A stretch of 64,000 bases of DNA. It comes from an uncultured bacterium (GTDB taxonomy: Bacteria; Krumholzibacteriota; Krumholzibacteriia; LZORAL124-64-63). The notes under the pieces are model-generated. The model did no database searches. It was not told the DNA's origin and saw only the letters and a program-made list of their open reading frames with translations. The DNA lies in contig CALMJK010000005.1 in assembly GCA_937864225.1 (NCBI GenBank), positions 456,212 to 520,211 of the forward strand. Reading direction: 5' to 3'. The first letter of the stretch is position 1. The number at the start of each line of letters is the position of its first letter. The translations under genes were made by a program, and so were the position numbers. Of the stretch, positions 54,567 through 64,000 are shown in pieces.

Positions 54567-56798
54567 ATGCCGGCCACCGAACTCGCTGTCGTCGTGCTCT
54601 GGCACATGCACCAGCCGGATTACCGGGATCCGGAGGGAGGCCGGACCATCCTGCCCTGGGTGCGGCTGCACGCGTGCCTGAGTTATTTCGACATGGTGCG
54701 CCTGGCGCAGGAGACCGCGGGCGCGCGCGCGGTCTTCAACGTCGTGCCCACGCTGCTGGAACAGCTGACGGAGATCGCCCGCGGGGCCGGCGACGATTTC
54801 CTCGACCTGGCGCGGGCGGAGCCCGGCGATTTGACCGCCGAGGATCGCGCGCTGATCCTGCGCCGCTTCTTCGCCTTCCACCACGGCCGGCGCTTCGCGG
54901 AACTGCCGCGCCTGGGCGAGATCTGGCGCAAGCGGGAAGGTCTCGGGAGCGGTCGCGACGCGGGGGCCGCGGCGGCCTTCAGCGACGCCGAATTGCGGGA
55001 CCTGCAGGTGGGCTTCCATCTGGCCTGGTGCGGGCGCTCGCTGCGCGAGGAACCGCTGGTCGGCGCGCTGCTGCGCAAGGGGCGCCGGTTCACCGCGGCC
55101 GAAAAGCACGAACTGCTCGACCTGCAGCGCGAGTTCGTGGGGCGGGTCGTGCCGGCGTACCGCCAGTGGGCGGCGAGCGGCGACGGAGAAATCGCGTGCA
55201 CGCCGTGGGCGCATCCGATCCTGCCGCTGTTGTGCGACACGCGCAGCGCGCGGGAGGCGGTGCCCAACCTGCCGCTGCCGGCCGTGGGGACGCGCCGCGT
55301 GGGCGACGCCTTCTTCCACGTGACGGCCGCCCTCGACGCCACCGAGCGCTTGCTCGGGGTGCGCCCCGAAGGGATGTGGCCGGCCGAGGGGGGCTTGAGC
55401 CAGGAGGCGGTGCGCGTCTTCGGCGCCGCCGGGGTGCGCTGGATCGGTGGCGACCAGGACGTCCTTTTCGCTTCGCTCGCGGGCGAGGCGCCGCCGCCGG
55501 GAGGACATTTCCAGCCGTGGCGCCTGGCCGGCGCGGACGCACCCTGGATCTTCTTCCGGGACAAGGGGCTCTCCGACCGCATCGGATTCGTGTACGGCGG
55601 CTGGCAGGCCCAGCAGGCCGCCGCCGATTTCGTCGGGCATCTGCAGCGCATCCGCTCCCTGCTGCCCCCAGGCCGTTTCGTGGTGCCGATCATCCTGGAT
55701 GGAGAGAACGCGTGGGAGGGGTATCCCGGCAACGGCGTGGATTTCCTACGGGCCCTGTACGCCGGCGTCGCCGGCGCTTCCGGTCTGCGCTGGTCGACTT
55801 TCGGCGAGCAGCTGCGCGCCGGCGGCGCACCCGTCCCGTTGCCGCGCCTGATCGCGGGCTCGTGGATCCGGCGCGATTTCACGACCTGGATCGGACATCC
55901 GGAGAAGAACCGCGCCTGGGAACTCCTCGCGCGCGCGCGCGAGCGCCTCGAGCCGCGGCTGGCGGCCGCAGGTGCGCTGCGCCGGGGACATCTGCCCGAC
56001 GGCACCGAATTCGCCGGACCCGACCCGGCGCTGGCGGACCCGGAGCGCGACGAGCCTCTGGCCAGGGCCTGGCGCGCGCTCGCCGCCGCCCAGGGGAGCG
56101 ATTGGTTCTGGTGGTTCGGGGACGAGCACCAGACGGAGTTCGCCGCCGAATTCGACGCGCTCTTTCGGGGGCATCTCGTGGCCGCGCACAGATTGGCGGG
56201 GGAAGAGCCGCCGGCCGAACTGGCCGTGCCGGTCCGCGCCGGCCGCCAGGCGGTCGCCGGCCGGCCGCCCCGCGCGCCGCTGGCCGTGGTGCTGGACGGG
56301 CGTGTCTCGCACTACTACGAGTGGCTGGACGCCGGCCGCTGCGACGCCCGCGGCGCGCGCGGGGCGATGCACCAGGCTGTTTCGCCCCTGGCCGAGCTGC
56401 ATTACGGGGCGGACGATCGGTCGTTGCTTCTGCGCCTCGACCCCGCCGCCGAGGCGGGGGCGTCCAATTTGCAGGAGTTGGTCGTCGCCGTGCATGTGCT
56501 GCCCTTCGCGTCCGCGGCAGGGCTCGGAGATGGCGTGACGGCGCGCCGCGCCGGCCAGGTGGCGTTGAACAGGGGAGCGACGCGCCTGCCGCGCGCGGAC
56601 GGTCCCCAGGCCGCGCTGGAGCGCATCGGGGAGATCGCCTTCCCCTGGAACGGGCTGGGCTTGAAGCCCGGCGAAGCTTTTGCTTTCTTCCTGACCCTGG
56701 AGCGGGAAGGCCAAGCGGAACTGCGGGTGCCCGCCGCGGGAACGCTGGCCATGCGCGTGCCCGTGGGTCCGGGTGACACGGAGGACTGGATCGTCTGA
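54567..56798 (+). CDS. Glycoside hydrolase family 57 alpha-glucan-active enzyme (743 aa)
   Basis: GH57 region I WHMHQPDY, region III-like MWPAEGG, region IV-like ILDGENAWE. Confidence 0.85.
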   Translation: MPATELAVVVLWHMHQPDYRDPEGGRTILPWVRLHACLSYFDMVRLAQETAGARAVFNVVPTLLEQLTEIARGAGDDFLDLARAEPGDLTAEDRALILRRFFAFHHGRRFAELPRLGEIWRKREGLGSGRDAGAAAAFSDAELRDLQVGFHLAWCGRSLREEPLVGALLRKGRRFTAAEKHELLDLQREFVGRVVPAYRQWAASGDGEIACTPWAHPILPLLCDTRSAREAVPNLPLPAVGTRRVGDAFFHVTAALDATERLLGVRPEGMWPAEGGLSQEAVRVFGAAGVRWIGGDQDVLFASLAGEAPPPGGHFQPWRLAGADAPWIFFRDKGLSDRIGFVYGGWQAQQAAADFVGHLQRIRSLLPPGRFVVPIILDGENAWEGYPGNGVDFLRALYAGVAGASGLRWSTFGEQLRAGGAPVPLPRLIAGSWIRRDFTTWIGHPEKNRAWELLARARERLEPRLAAAGALRRGHLPDGTEFAGPDPALADPERDEPLARAWRALAAAQGSDWFWWFGDEHQTEFAAEFDALFRGHLVAAHRLAGEEPPAELAVPVRAGRQAVAGRPPRAPLAVVLDGRVSHYYEWLDAGRCDARGARGAMHQAVSPLAELHYGADDRSLLLRLDPAAEAGASNLQELVVAVHVLPFASAAGLGDGVTARRAGQVALNRGATRLPRADGPQAALERIGEIAFPWNGLGLKPGEAFAFFLTLEREGQAELRVPAAGTLAMRVPVGPGDTEDWIV

Positions 56799-56839
56799 GC
56801 CGCGCGACGCCGCCGCGGCGCGTCGCCAGGAGGCCACGG

Positions 56840-57883
56840 ATGTCTCAGCTGCGCTACGACCCGATCCAGGGCCGTTGGGTGATCATCGCGGCCGATCGGA
56901 GCCGCCGCCCTCGCGATCTCCAGGTGACGGCGAGCAGCTCCGGCGGCCCGCTCTATTGCCCGTTCTGCCCGGGGCACGAGAGCCGGACCCCGCCCGAGAT
57001 CCTCGCGCTGGGCAGGCCGGCGGGCGGCCGGCGCGACGGACCCGGCTGGCGCGTGCGGGTCTTTCCGAACAAATATCCGGCGCTCGTCGTCGAGGGCGAA
57101 CTGGGCCGGCACGGCGTCGGCATCTACGACGCCATGCACGGGATCGGCGCCCACGAGGTGATCGTGGACACCGATCAGCACGTGCTTGGCCTGGCCGAGC
57201 TGCCGGCCGCGCAGGTCGAGCTGCTCATGCAGGCGGCCGCCGAGCGGATGCGCGACCTGCACCGGGACCGCCGCCTGAAGTACGTGCAGTTCTTCAAGAA
57301 CCACGGCGCGATCGCCGGCTCGACCCTGACGCATCCCCACAGCCAGATCATCGCCACGCCGGTCATCCCGCGGCTGGTCATCGCGGAGCTCAACCAGGCG
57401 CGCACGCACTACCAGCGCAAGGAGCGCTGCCTGTTCTGCGACGTGTTGCAGGAGGAACTGGAACGCGGCGAGCGGATCGTCTGCGAAACCGGCCGGTTCG
57501 TGGCCTTCGCCCCCTGGGCCAGCCGCTTCCCCTTCGAGATCATGATCCTGCCGCGACGGCACGGCAGCGACTACGGGACCGTCTCGGCCGAGGATCTCGC
57601 CGACCTAGGCGCGTGTCTGGGCGAGGTCGCGCGGCGCCTGCGGGCGGTGCTGCTGGACGCGCCCTTCAATCTGTTGCTGCACACCGCGCCGAATGCCGAG
57701 GCCTTCGGCAGCGAACGCGGGCTGTGGAAGACACTCCTCTGGGACTACCACTGGCACCTCGAACTGCTGCCGCGGCTGACCCAGGTGGCCGGATTCGAGG
57801 CGGGGACCGACTTCTACATCAACCCGGTTGCGCCGGAGGAGGCCGCCCGCTTCCTGCGCGAGGCCGAGGTCGAGCGGCCATGA
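56840..57883 (+). CDS. GalT-like HIT-family nucleotidyltransferase (galactose-1-P uridylyltransferase / possible ADP-glucose phosphorylase-type)
   Basis: Zn site CPFCPGHE, active-site HPHSQI; GGAGG RBS. Confidence 0.85.
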   Translation: MSQLRYDPIQGRWVIIAADRSRRPRDLQVTASSSGGPLYCPFCPGHESRTPPEILALGRPAGGRRDGPGWRVRVFPNKYPALVVEGELGRHGVGIYDAMHGIGAHEVIVDTDQHVLGLAELPAAQVELLMQAAAERMRDLHRDRRLKYVQFFKNHGAIAGSTLTHPHSQIIATPVIPRLVIAELNQARTHYQRKERCLFCDVLQEELERGERIVCETGRFVAFAPWASRFPFEIMILPRRHGSDYGTVSAEDLADLGACLGEVARRLRAVLLDAPFNLLLHTAPNAEAFGSERGLWKTLLWDYHWHLELLPRLTQVAGFEAGTDFYINPVAPEEAARFLREAEVERP

Positions 57884-59379
57884 GCGCCCGCGTGTCGCCG
57901 CCGGACGGCGCGCTGCGCATCCTGATGGTGACCGCCGAGCTGGCGCCGCTGGCCAAGGTGGGCGGCCTGGGTGACATGACCGCGTCGCTCGCCTCCGCGC
58001 TCGCGGCGCGCGGGCACGACGTCCGGGTCGTGATGCCGCTGTACGGGGACCTGGACCGGACGGCGCATGCGGTCCGCCCCCTGCGGCGCATGCCGCCGGT
58101 CGCCCTGCGGGTGGGGCAAGCGCTGCGCCCTTTGCAGTGGCACCGGCAGGGTTCGGGCTCGGCCGCCGTCCGGATCTGCCTGGCCGACAATGCCGAGCTC
58201 TTCGGGCGGGCCGGCGTTTACGTCGACGCGCAGGGACGCCCCTTCCCGGACGCGCTCGCACGCGCGGCGTTCCTGGCGCAGGCGGCGCTCTCGCTGCCGG
58301 TGCAGTTTGGCTGGACGCCGCACATCGTGCACGCGCACGACGTGCACGCCGCGCTGGCGGTGGTCTATCTGCGGCGCTGGGGCGCGACCGCCCGTCCGCT
58401 GGCGGGGACAGGCGGCCTGCTGACGATCCACAATCTGGCGCACCAGCTCGAGACGCCGCGGGCGCAGTTGGACGTGATCGGCCTGCCGCCGGCGCTGGCC
58501 GAGTACCCGGGGGCGCTCGAGTACCACGGGCGGCTGAACGTCATGAAGGCGGGCATCCTGGAGGCCGACCTGGTCAACACGGTCAGCCCCACCTACGCCC
58601 GCGAGGTGGTCGCCGACGAACGTTCGGGCTGCGGGCTCGACGGGGTGCTCGCGTCGCGGGGCGCGGATTTCGTGGGCATCCTCAACGGCGCCGACTATGT
58701 GGCCTGGAATCCCGCCCGCGATCCGCACCTGCCGGCCCGCTTCGACGCCGCGCGCCCGGCCGGCAAGGCGATCTGCCGGCGCGAGCTGGCCCGCGAGGCG
58801 GGTTTGGCGCAGTCCGACGGTCTGCTGGTCGGTTTCGTCGGGCGCCTGGTGGAGCAGAAGGGACCTCAGTTGCTGGTGCCGCTGCTCGACGAGCTGGCCG
58901 CCGCGGGTCTGCGCCTCGTCGTGCTCGCCGCCGGCGAGGAGCGCTGGCGAGCGGCGTTGGCGGCGGCGGCGGCGCGCCACCCCGGACGGCTGGCCTTCTT
59001 CGACCGGTTCGACGAGGCCCTGGCGCATCGGATCTACGGCGGCAGCGATCTGTTCCTCATGCCGTCGCGCTACGAACCGTGCGGTCTGGCGCAGCTGTAC
59101 GCGTTGCGCTACGGCGCCGTCCCGCTCGTGCACGCGACGGGCGGCTTGGTCGACACGGTCGAGGACGCCGCCCTGCCGGAGGGGACCGGGTTCGTGTTCC
59201 GCGAGTTCACGGTCAAGGCCTTCCGCCGGACGATCGGGCGGGCGCTGGCGCTCTGGCGCGACCAGCCCGCCTGGGAGGCCCTGCGCGAACGCGGGATGCG
59301 GCGCCTGTTCTCCTGGGAGACGTCGGCGGCGGCCTACGAGGAATTGTACGCGCGGCCGCGCAGGAGGGAGCGGAAGTGA
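57880..59379 (+). CDS. glgA: Glycogen synthase (ADP-glucose type)
   Basis: ILMVTAELAPLAKVGGLGD, KXGGL-type motif, C-terminal …YEPCGL…; ATGA overlap with galT-like. Confidence 0.9.
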   Translation: MSARVSPPDGALRILMVTAELAPLAKVGGLGDMTASLASALAARGHDVRVVMPLYGDLDRTAHAVRPLRRMPPVALRVGQALRPLQWHRQGSGSAAVRICLADNAELFGRAGVYVDAQGRPFPDALARAAFLAQAALSLPVQFGWTPHIVHAHDVHAALAVVYLRRWGATARPLAGTGGLLTIHNLAHQLETPRAQLDVIGLPPALAEYPGALEYHGRLNVMKAGILEADLVNTVSPTYAREVVADERSGCGLDGVLASRGADFVGILNGADYVAWNPARDPHLPARFDAARPAGKAICRRELAREAGLAQSDGLLVGFVGRLVEQKGPQLLVPLLDELAAAGLRLVVLAAGEERWRAALAAAAARHPGRLAFFDRFDEALAHRIYGGSDLFLMPSRYEPCGLAQLYALRYGAVPLVHATGGLVDTVEDAALPEGTGFVFREFTVKAFRRTIGRALALWRDQPAWEALRERGMRRLFSWETSAAAYEELYARPRRRERK

Positions 59380-61154
59380 TCCCGTCGGCGCCCGAGACGC
59401 CGGGCGAATTGCCGCTCTGGCCGGTCATCGAGGGCAGCAGCGCGCCGCTGTTCGTCCTGGACGAAGCGCACCGGATCGTGCTGGCCAGCGCCGGCTCCTG
59501 CCGCTTGCTGGCCGCGCTTGCGCACGAGTTGCAGGGTCAGCCGCTGGCCAGGTATTTGGCGCCGGAGTTCGCCTTGGCCGACGCGCTGTCGGCGCAGGAG
59601 GGCGCGATCGCGAGGCCGTGCGAGCTCACGCTGTGTCCGCCGCGAGGCGCGCCGATCCCCGTCGAGGTCGTGTGCGATCATTGCGACGGGCCGGGGGGGC
59701 GCCGCCTGAGCCTGGTCGCCATCCACGACCTCACGCACATCAAGATCCTGGACCAGGACCGGCTGGCGCGCCTGGGCAAGCTTTCCCTGCTCAACCAGAT
59801 CAACGAGGCGCTCTACGGCGCGCGCCTGACGCTCGACCAGATGCTCGAGGCCGTGCTCCACTGCGTGACCGCCGACCAGGGGCTGCGCTTCAATCGCGCG
59901 TTCCTGCTGCTGGTCGAGGAACGGGCCAAGCGACTGAGGGGGGAGGTCGCCATCGGCCCTTCGAACGCCGACGAGGCCGCGCGCATCTGGAGCGACCTCG
60001 CCGACCAGCAGCACGATCTGTTCGCCCTCATGGTCCGTTACGACCGCTCCTGCAAGCAGACCGATGTCGCGGTGAACGAGATCGTCAAGCAGATGGTCGT
60101 GCCCATGGGACACGGCGACCACATCCTCGTGCGGGCCATGCGCGAGCGGCAGGCGTTTCGCGTCGTGGCCAGCGAGATCGATTTCCCCGGCGTCGAGGAT
60201 CTGCGGCGTTGGCTCGGGACGGGCGCCTTCGCCGTGGCTCCCCTGACCACGCGGCGCGGCGCCGTGGGGGTGCTCGTCGCGGACAACGCCATCTCGGGCA
60301 AGGAGATCAGCGACCTCGACCTGGAGTTCCTCCAGTTGCTGGCCAACGTCTCGGCCAACGCGATCGAGAACAGCCGTCTCTACCAGGAATTGCAGCAACG
60401 TCTGGCGGATCTGCGCCGCGCCGCCCAGCGCCAGAAAGAGGACCAGAAGCAGCTGCTGCGCATGGAACGGCTTTCGATCATGGGCGAGACGGCGGGCGTC
60501 GTGGCGCACGAGCTGCGCAACCCGCTGGTGGCCATCGGCGGGTTCGCGCGCGCGCTTCACCGCGCGCTGCCGGAAGGGGACGCGAACCGGCAGTACGCGG
60601 GCATCATCACCGAGGAGGTGGCCCGTCTCGAACAGATCATCCACGACCTGCTCGATTTCATCCGGCCCAAGAAGATCCTGCGCAAGCTGGTGCCGCTGGA
60701 CGAACTGATCACCGACACGGCGCGCATGTACGAGGGCCAGATGAGGGAGCATGGGATCTCGCTCGACATCGCGTGCGGCGCGGAGGGAGTGCGCGTCCGC
60801 GTCAACCCGAGCGAGATCCAGCAGGTGCTCCAGAACCTGCTCATGAACGCGCTGCAGGCCATGGGCAGCGGCGGGCGCATCGCGGTGCGGACTCGCCTTC
60901 AGCCCGGCTGCGTGCGCGTGGAAGTGCAGGATGAGGGACCGGGAGTGCCCGAGGACGTGAAACAGAAATTGTTCACTCCTTTTTTCACGACGAAACCGAG
61001 CGGTTCCGGCCTCGGGCTGGCGATTTCCAACCAGATCGTCAAGGGCCACGGCGGTACCCTGGCGTGCCAGGCGGTGCCCGGCGGAGGCGCCCTGTTCACC
61101 TTCACGGTGCCTCTGCCGCGGCCCCATCCCGCGTCCCCGGAGCGGGAGCAATAG
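59376..61154 (+). CDS. Cytoplasmic PAS-GAF sensor histidine kinase
   Basis: GTG overlaps glgA stop (GTGA); H-box VAHELRNPLVAIGGFA; N/G boxes LLMNALQAM…DEGPGVP…GSGLGLAIS. Confidence 0.85.
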   Translation: MIPSAPETPGELPLWPVIEGSSAPLFVLDEAHRIVLASAGSCRLLAALAHELQGQPLARYLAPEFALADALSAQEGAIARPCELTLCPPRGAPIPVEVVCDHCDGPGGRRLSLVAIHDLTHIKILDQDRLARLGKLSLLNQINEALYGARLTLDQMLEAVLHCVTADQGLRFNRAFLLLVEERAKRLRGEVAIGPSNADEAARIWSDLADQQHDLFALMVRYDRSCKQTDVAVNEIVKQMVVPMGHGDHILVRAMRERQAFRVVASEIDFPGVEDLRRWLGTGAFAVAPLTTRRGAVGVLVADNAISGKEISDLDLEFLQLLANVSANAIENSRLYQELQQRLADLRRAAQRQKEDQKQLLRMERLSIMGETAGVVAHELRNPLVAIGGFARALHRALPEGDANRQYAGIITEEVARLEQIIHDLLDFIRPKKILRKLVPLDELITDTARMYEGQMREHGISLDIACGAEGVRVRVNPSEIQQVLQNLLMNALQAMGSGGRIAVRTRLQPGCVRVEVQDEGPGVPEDVKQKLFTPFFTTKPSGSGLGLAISNQIVKGHGGTLACQAVPGGGALFTFTVPLPRPHPASPEREQ

Positions 61155-61255
61155 CGGTAGCCGTCGGGCGTCGATTTTGCTATCCTGCCCCAGCGGAGTT
61201 CGGGCACGGAAGCCCCAAGGGACGGCCGCGGCAGGCGGCTCAGGGAGGAGGGGCC

Positions 61256-61627
61256 ATGCAGAAGAGAGTGCTTATCGTCGACGATGAACCGCATCTGAGG
61301 CTGCTGTACGAGACGGAGTTGCGGCGAGCGGGTTTCGAGACGATGTCGGCGGCCAACGCGGAGCAGGGGCTGGAGTTCGTGGACTCCATGCGGCCTGACC
61401 TGGTGGTGCTCGACATCCGGATGCCCGGCATGGACGGGGTCGAGGCGCTGCAGCGCATCCTCGACCGGGACAACACGATACCCGTCGTGCTCAACACGGC
61501 CTATTCCAGCTATCGCGACAACTTCATGACGTGGGCCGCCGACGCGTACGTGACCAAGTCGTCCGACCTCGGCGAACTCGTCAGCACGGTCCGGGAGCTG
61601 CTGCACGAGGAGACGGTATCGCAGTGA
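61256..61627 (+). CDS. Single-domain response regulator
   Basis: GGAGGAGGGG RBS; LIVDDEP…VVLDIRMPGMDG…NTAY…VTKS. Confidence 0.85.
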   Translation: MQKRVLIVDDEPHLRLLYETELRRAGFETMSAANAEQGLEFVDSMRPDLVVLDIRMPGMDGVEALQRILDRDNTIPVVLNTAYSSYRDNFMTWAADAYVTKSSDLGELVSTVRELLHEETVSQ

Positions 61628-61679
61628 GGCGGAATCGGCGGCCGGCGGCCGCACTCGGTAGTGGAAAGGCCGCGCGGAC

Positions 61680-62921
61680 GTGAGATCCCTGCAGTGGTTC
61701 CGCAAAATCGTGACCATCGTCCTGGCCGGCGGCCAGGGAGAGCGCCTTTATCCCCTGACCCGGGACCGTTCCAAGCCGGCCGTGCCCTACGGCGGCGGCT
61801 ACCGCATCATCGACTTCACACTTTCCAACTGCGTCAATTCCGGTCTGCGGCGGTTGTACGTGCTGACGCAGTACAAATCGTTCTCCCTCGACAAGCATCT
61901 GCAGAAGGGCTGGAACATCTTCGACTACGAGGCGGACGAGTTCCTGTACCGGATTCCGCCCCAGCGACGCGTCGGCCTGAAGTGGTACGAGGGGACGGCG
62001 GACGCGATCTTCCAGAACATCTACCTGTTGGAGAGGCACAAACCCGAGCACGTGCTGATCCTGTCGGGAGACCACATCTACAAGATGGACTACAACGCCC
62101 TGCTCGATTTCCATCTCGAGCGGGGCGCTGCCCTGACGGTGAGCGCCGCCGTCGTGCCGCGCGAAGGGGCCCAACAGTTCGGCATCATCGAAGCCGACGC
62201 GAAGTGGCGCGTCACCGGCTTCACGGAGAAGCCGGAAGACCCGCTACCGCTGCCGGACGACCCGGAGCGCTGCCTGGTCAACATGGGCGTCTACTGCTTC
62301 GACACGCAGGCGCTCGTGCGCGCCGTCTGTCACGACGCGCGCCTGGCCGACTCGAATCACGATTTCGGGCGCGACATCATTCCGGAGCTCGTGAAGGATG
62401 GGGGCGTGTACGCGTACCCCTTCCGCGATCAGCGGACAGGCAAGCCTGCTTACTGGCGCGACATCGGCACGCTCGACAGCTACTACGCGGCGTCCATGGA
62501 CCTGGTCTCGCGCGATCCTGCCTTCAATCTCTACGATCGCGAGTGGCCTTACCGGACCTGGCAGGCCCCGGTCCCGCCGGCCAAGAGCGTGCACGGCTTC
62601 ACGCCGGACGGTCAGCTGGCGGGCATGATCGCGAACTCCATCGTGGGCGGCGGCACGATCATCAGCGGCGGGCACGTCGAGCGCTCCATCCTGGGACGGA
62701 ACGTCCGCGTGAACTCGTACTGCCGCATCAGCGATTCGATTCTCTTCGACGACGTGTCCGTCGGGCGCTACGCCGAGCTGCACCGCGCGATCGTGGACAA
62801 GGATGTCGTCGTGCCGGAAGGCATGATCATCGGGCGCGATCTCGAGAAGGACCGCCGTCTTTTCAAGGTGACCGAAGAGGGACTGGTCGTCGTGCCCAAG
62901 GGCATGCGCTTCAAGGACTGA
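61680..62921 (+). CDS. glgC: Glucose-1-phosphate adenylyltransferase
   Basis: VLAGGQGERLYPLT…SKPAVPYGG.YRIIDF; C-terminal LbH; GTG start. Confidence 0.9.
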   Translation: MRSLQWFRKIVTIVLAGGQGERLYPLTRDRSKPAVPYGGGYRIIDFTLSNCVNSGLRRLYVLTQYKSFSLDKHLQKGWNIFDYEADEFLYRIPPQRRVGLKWYEGTADAIFQNIYLLERHKPEHVLILSGDHIYKMDYNALLDFHLERGAALTVSAAVVPREGAQQFGIIEADAKWRVTGFTEKPEDPLPLPDDPERCLVNMGVYCFDTQALVRAVCHDARLADSNHDFGRDIIPELVKDGGVYAYPFRDQRTGKPAYWRDIGTLDSYYAASMDLVSRDPAFNLYDREWPYRTWQAPVPPAKSVHGFTPDGQLAGMIANSIVGGGTIISGGHVERSILGRNVRVNSYCRISDSILFDDVSVGRYAELHRAIVDKDVVVPEGMIIGRDLEKDRRLFKVTEEGLVVVPKGMRFKD

Positions 62922-62935
62922 GGACGGGGAGCCGG

Positions 62936-63376
62936 ATGGCAAAGGGCAAGGAACGCAAGCCGGTCGAGGAGAACGCCCGCCGCGACCTGGAGTCCGCCGA
63001 GGCGGCGCTGAACCTGCTCACCGAGCCGGAAGAACGCCTGTGCCTGGCCTGCCTGCGCTGGTTCCGCGGCGACTGGGATCTCTATCTCGATTTTCTGGCC
63101 GGGCCGCGCGCGTCCGAGGAGCAACGGCGCGTCGACATGCCGCTCGTCGCCCGCTTGAAGGAGCGCGACGAGCGCACCAGCTTCCTGGAACTGATGCTCG
63201 AGGACGAGGTCGTGGCGGCGGCCGAGCAACTCGAGTTCGACGGCCTGCTGCGCCTGTGGGACTTGGCGATGCTGCTCGACCCGCGCGCCGACCCGTTCCA
63301 CGAGCCGGATCACCGCGAGGTTGATCTGGACGACGCGGAGGTCGGCAACGACGGGGAATCGCGCCTGTTGCACTGA
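62936..63376 (+). CDS. Acidic hypothetical protein (146 aa)
   Basis: ATG after GGGGAGC RBS 14 nt past glgC; no recognisable motif. Confidence 0.5.
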   Translation: MAKGKERKPVEENARRDLESAEAALNLLTEPEERLCLACLRWFRGDWDLYLDFLAGPRASEEQRRVDMPLVARLKERDERTSFLELMLEDEVVAAAEQLEFDGLLRLWDLAMLLDPRADPFHEPDHREVDLDDAEVGNDGESRLLH

Positions 63377-63475
63377 CGCCGGCACGCGCCGGCCGCTGCC
63401 GTCGAATTCGCTTGGCCGTTTCGCCGCGGGGGTCTATCCTGGCGCCCGGGCGGCGTCCGGAACCCTGGCCGGAGG

Positions 63476-63766
63476 ATGTGCATGAACCGCAGCCGTTGGG
63501 GCCTGTTGATCGTGCTCGCCGTGAGCCTGGTTCTGGGTGTCCTGGCCGGGTGGATCTTCTACCGCACCTTCCAGGCGAACGTGCCCGAGGCGATGCTCTC
63601 GCAGTTCTCGCGCGCCACGGCGCCCATCCAGTTCATCGGCTACGGGCTGCTGCTGGGCTTGGTCATTTTTCTGTGGACCCTGCTCGCCGCTTCGCTCGCG
63701 CGCTTCTTCCGCGGCGCCGGCGCCGCGCCGGTCGCGGGCACGCCGCCGCGCGGCCACGATTCCTGA
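63476..63766 (+). CDS. Small two-TM membrane protein, hypothetical
   Basis: Two hydrophobic helices (WGLLIVLAVSLVLGVLAGWIFY; IGYGLLLGLVIFLWTLLAASLA); may start at ATG 63482. Confidence 0.45.
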   Translation: MCMNRSRWGLLIVLAVSLVLGVLAGWIFYRTFQANVPEAMLSQFSRATAPIQFIGYGLLLGLVIFLWTLLAASLARFFRGAGAAPVAGTPPRGHDS

Positions 63767-63774
63767 CCTTCCGG

Positions 63775-64000
63775 TCACAGCCGGTAGGCCTGCGGGCGGC
63801 GATCCGCGAGGACGTCGTTGCGCGGCGTGATCTGCTTGTCGGTCGCGTCGGGATCGATGAGCGCGACGGCGGCCCCCTCGGCGACGCCGTCACAGCAGGC
63901 GAGACGCTCGCCGCGCGGCGAGACGATCTGGCTCAAGCCGATGAAGCGCAGCTCCTCCCGCGCGCGATGCTCGACGCCGACGCGGTTGGCCGTCACGGCG
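63775..64000 (-). CDS. Carbon-nitrogen hydrolase (nitrilase superfamily) C-terminus; 5' part beyond window
   Basis: C-terminal …SQIVSPRGERLA…VALIDPDATDKQ…DRRPQAY matches CN-hydrolase tail (…RRPxxY). Confidence 0.7.
   Translation of the reverse strand, partial: AVTANRVGVEHRAREELRFIGLSQIVSPRGERLACCDGVAEGAAVALIDPDATDKQITPRNDVLADRRPQAYRL

Noticed and set aside
54234-56837. Minus-strand ORFs of 468, 440 and 363 aa (54234..55640, 54683..56005, 55746..56837)
   Set aside because: Antisense to the GH57 gene; R/P/A/S-rich.
1-64000. CRISPR arrays, tRNA/rRNA genes, IS elements/integrases
   Set aside because: No regularly spaced direct repeats, no cloverleaf-compatible sequence in the intergenic gaps examined, and no transposase/recombinase-like ORFs; cannot fully exclude small RNAs without covariance-model searches.

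Overview
High-GC (~70%) bacterial chromosomal segment with about 50 plus-strand genes and 5 minus-strand genes, many with overlapping stop/start codons. No rRNA/tRNA, CRISPR or transposase/integrase genes seen by eye. Order of features: M23 peptidase (5' partial); holB–yaaT(PSP1)–tatD–ksgA (Bacillus-like synteny); OM beta-barrel plus two lipoproteins; YibQ-type deacetylase; secDF; a 1597-aa NtrY-like histidine kinase translationally coupled to DUF4159/DUF4175-like/TPR/secreted-protein envelope genes; CPBP protease; HAD–nnr–tsaD; a signalling island of REC-GGDEF(GGDDF) + two paralogous TM-GAF-HisKA-HATPase-GAF-HD-GYP kinases each followed by a single-domain response regulator; priA; aroB; porGDAB 2-oxoacid:ferredoxin oxidoreductase; S8 protease; AAA_28-like ATPase; EEP nuclease/phosphatase; cupin; Cys/Met PLP enzyme; M1-like peptidase; methyltransferase + deacetylase; a glycogen locus (GH57–galT-like–glgA–[PAS/GAF HK + RR]–glgC); CN-hydrolase (3' partial). 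Most long minus-strand ORFs in the six-frame track are GC-driven antisense artefacts. Best candidates for novel biology: the HK–HD-GYP island, the NtrY-like/DUF4159/DUF4175 envelope module, the TCS embedded in the glycogen operon, and near-consensus sigma70 promoters with long leaders in front of ksgA and secDF.
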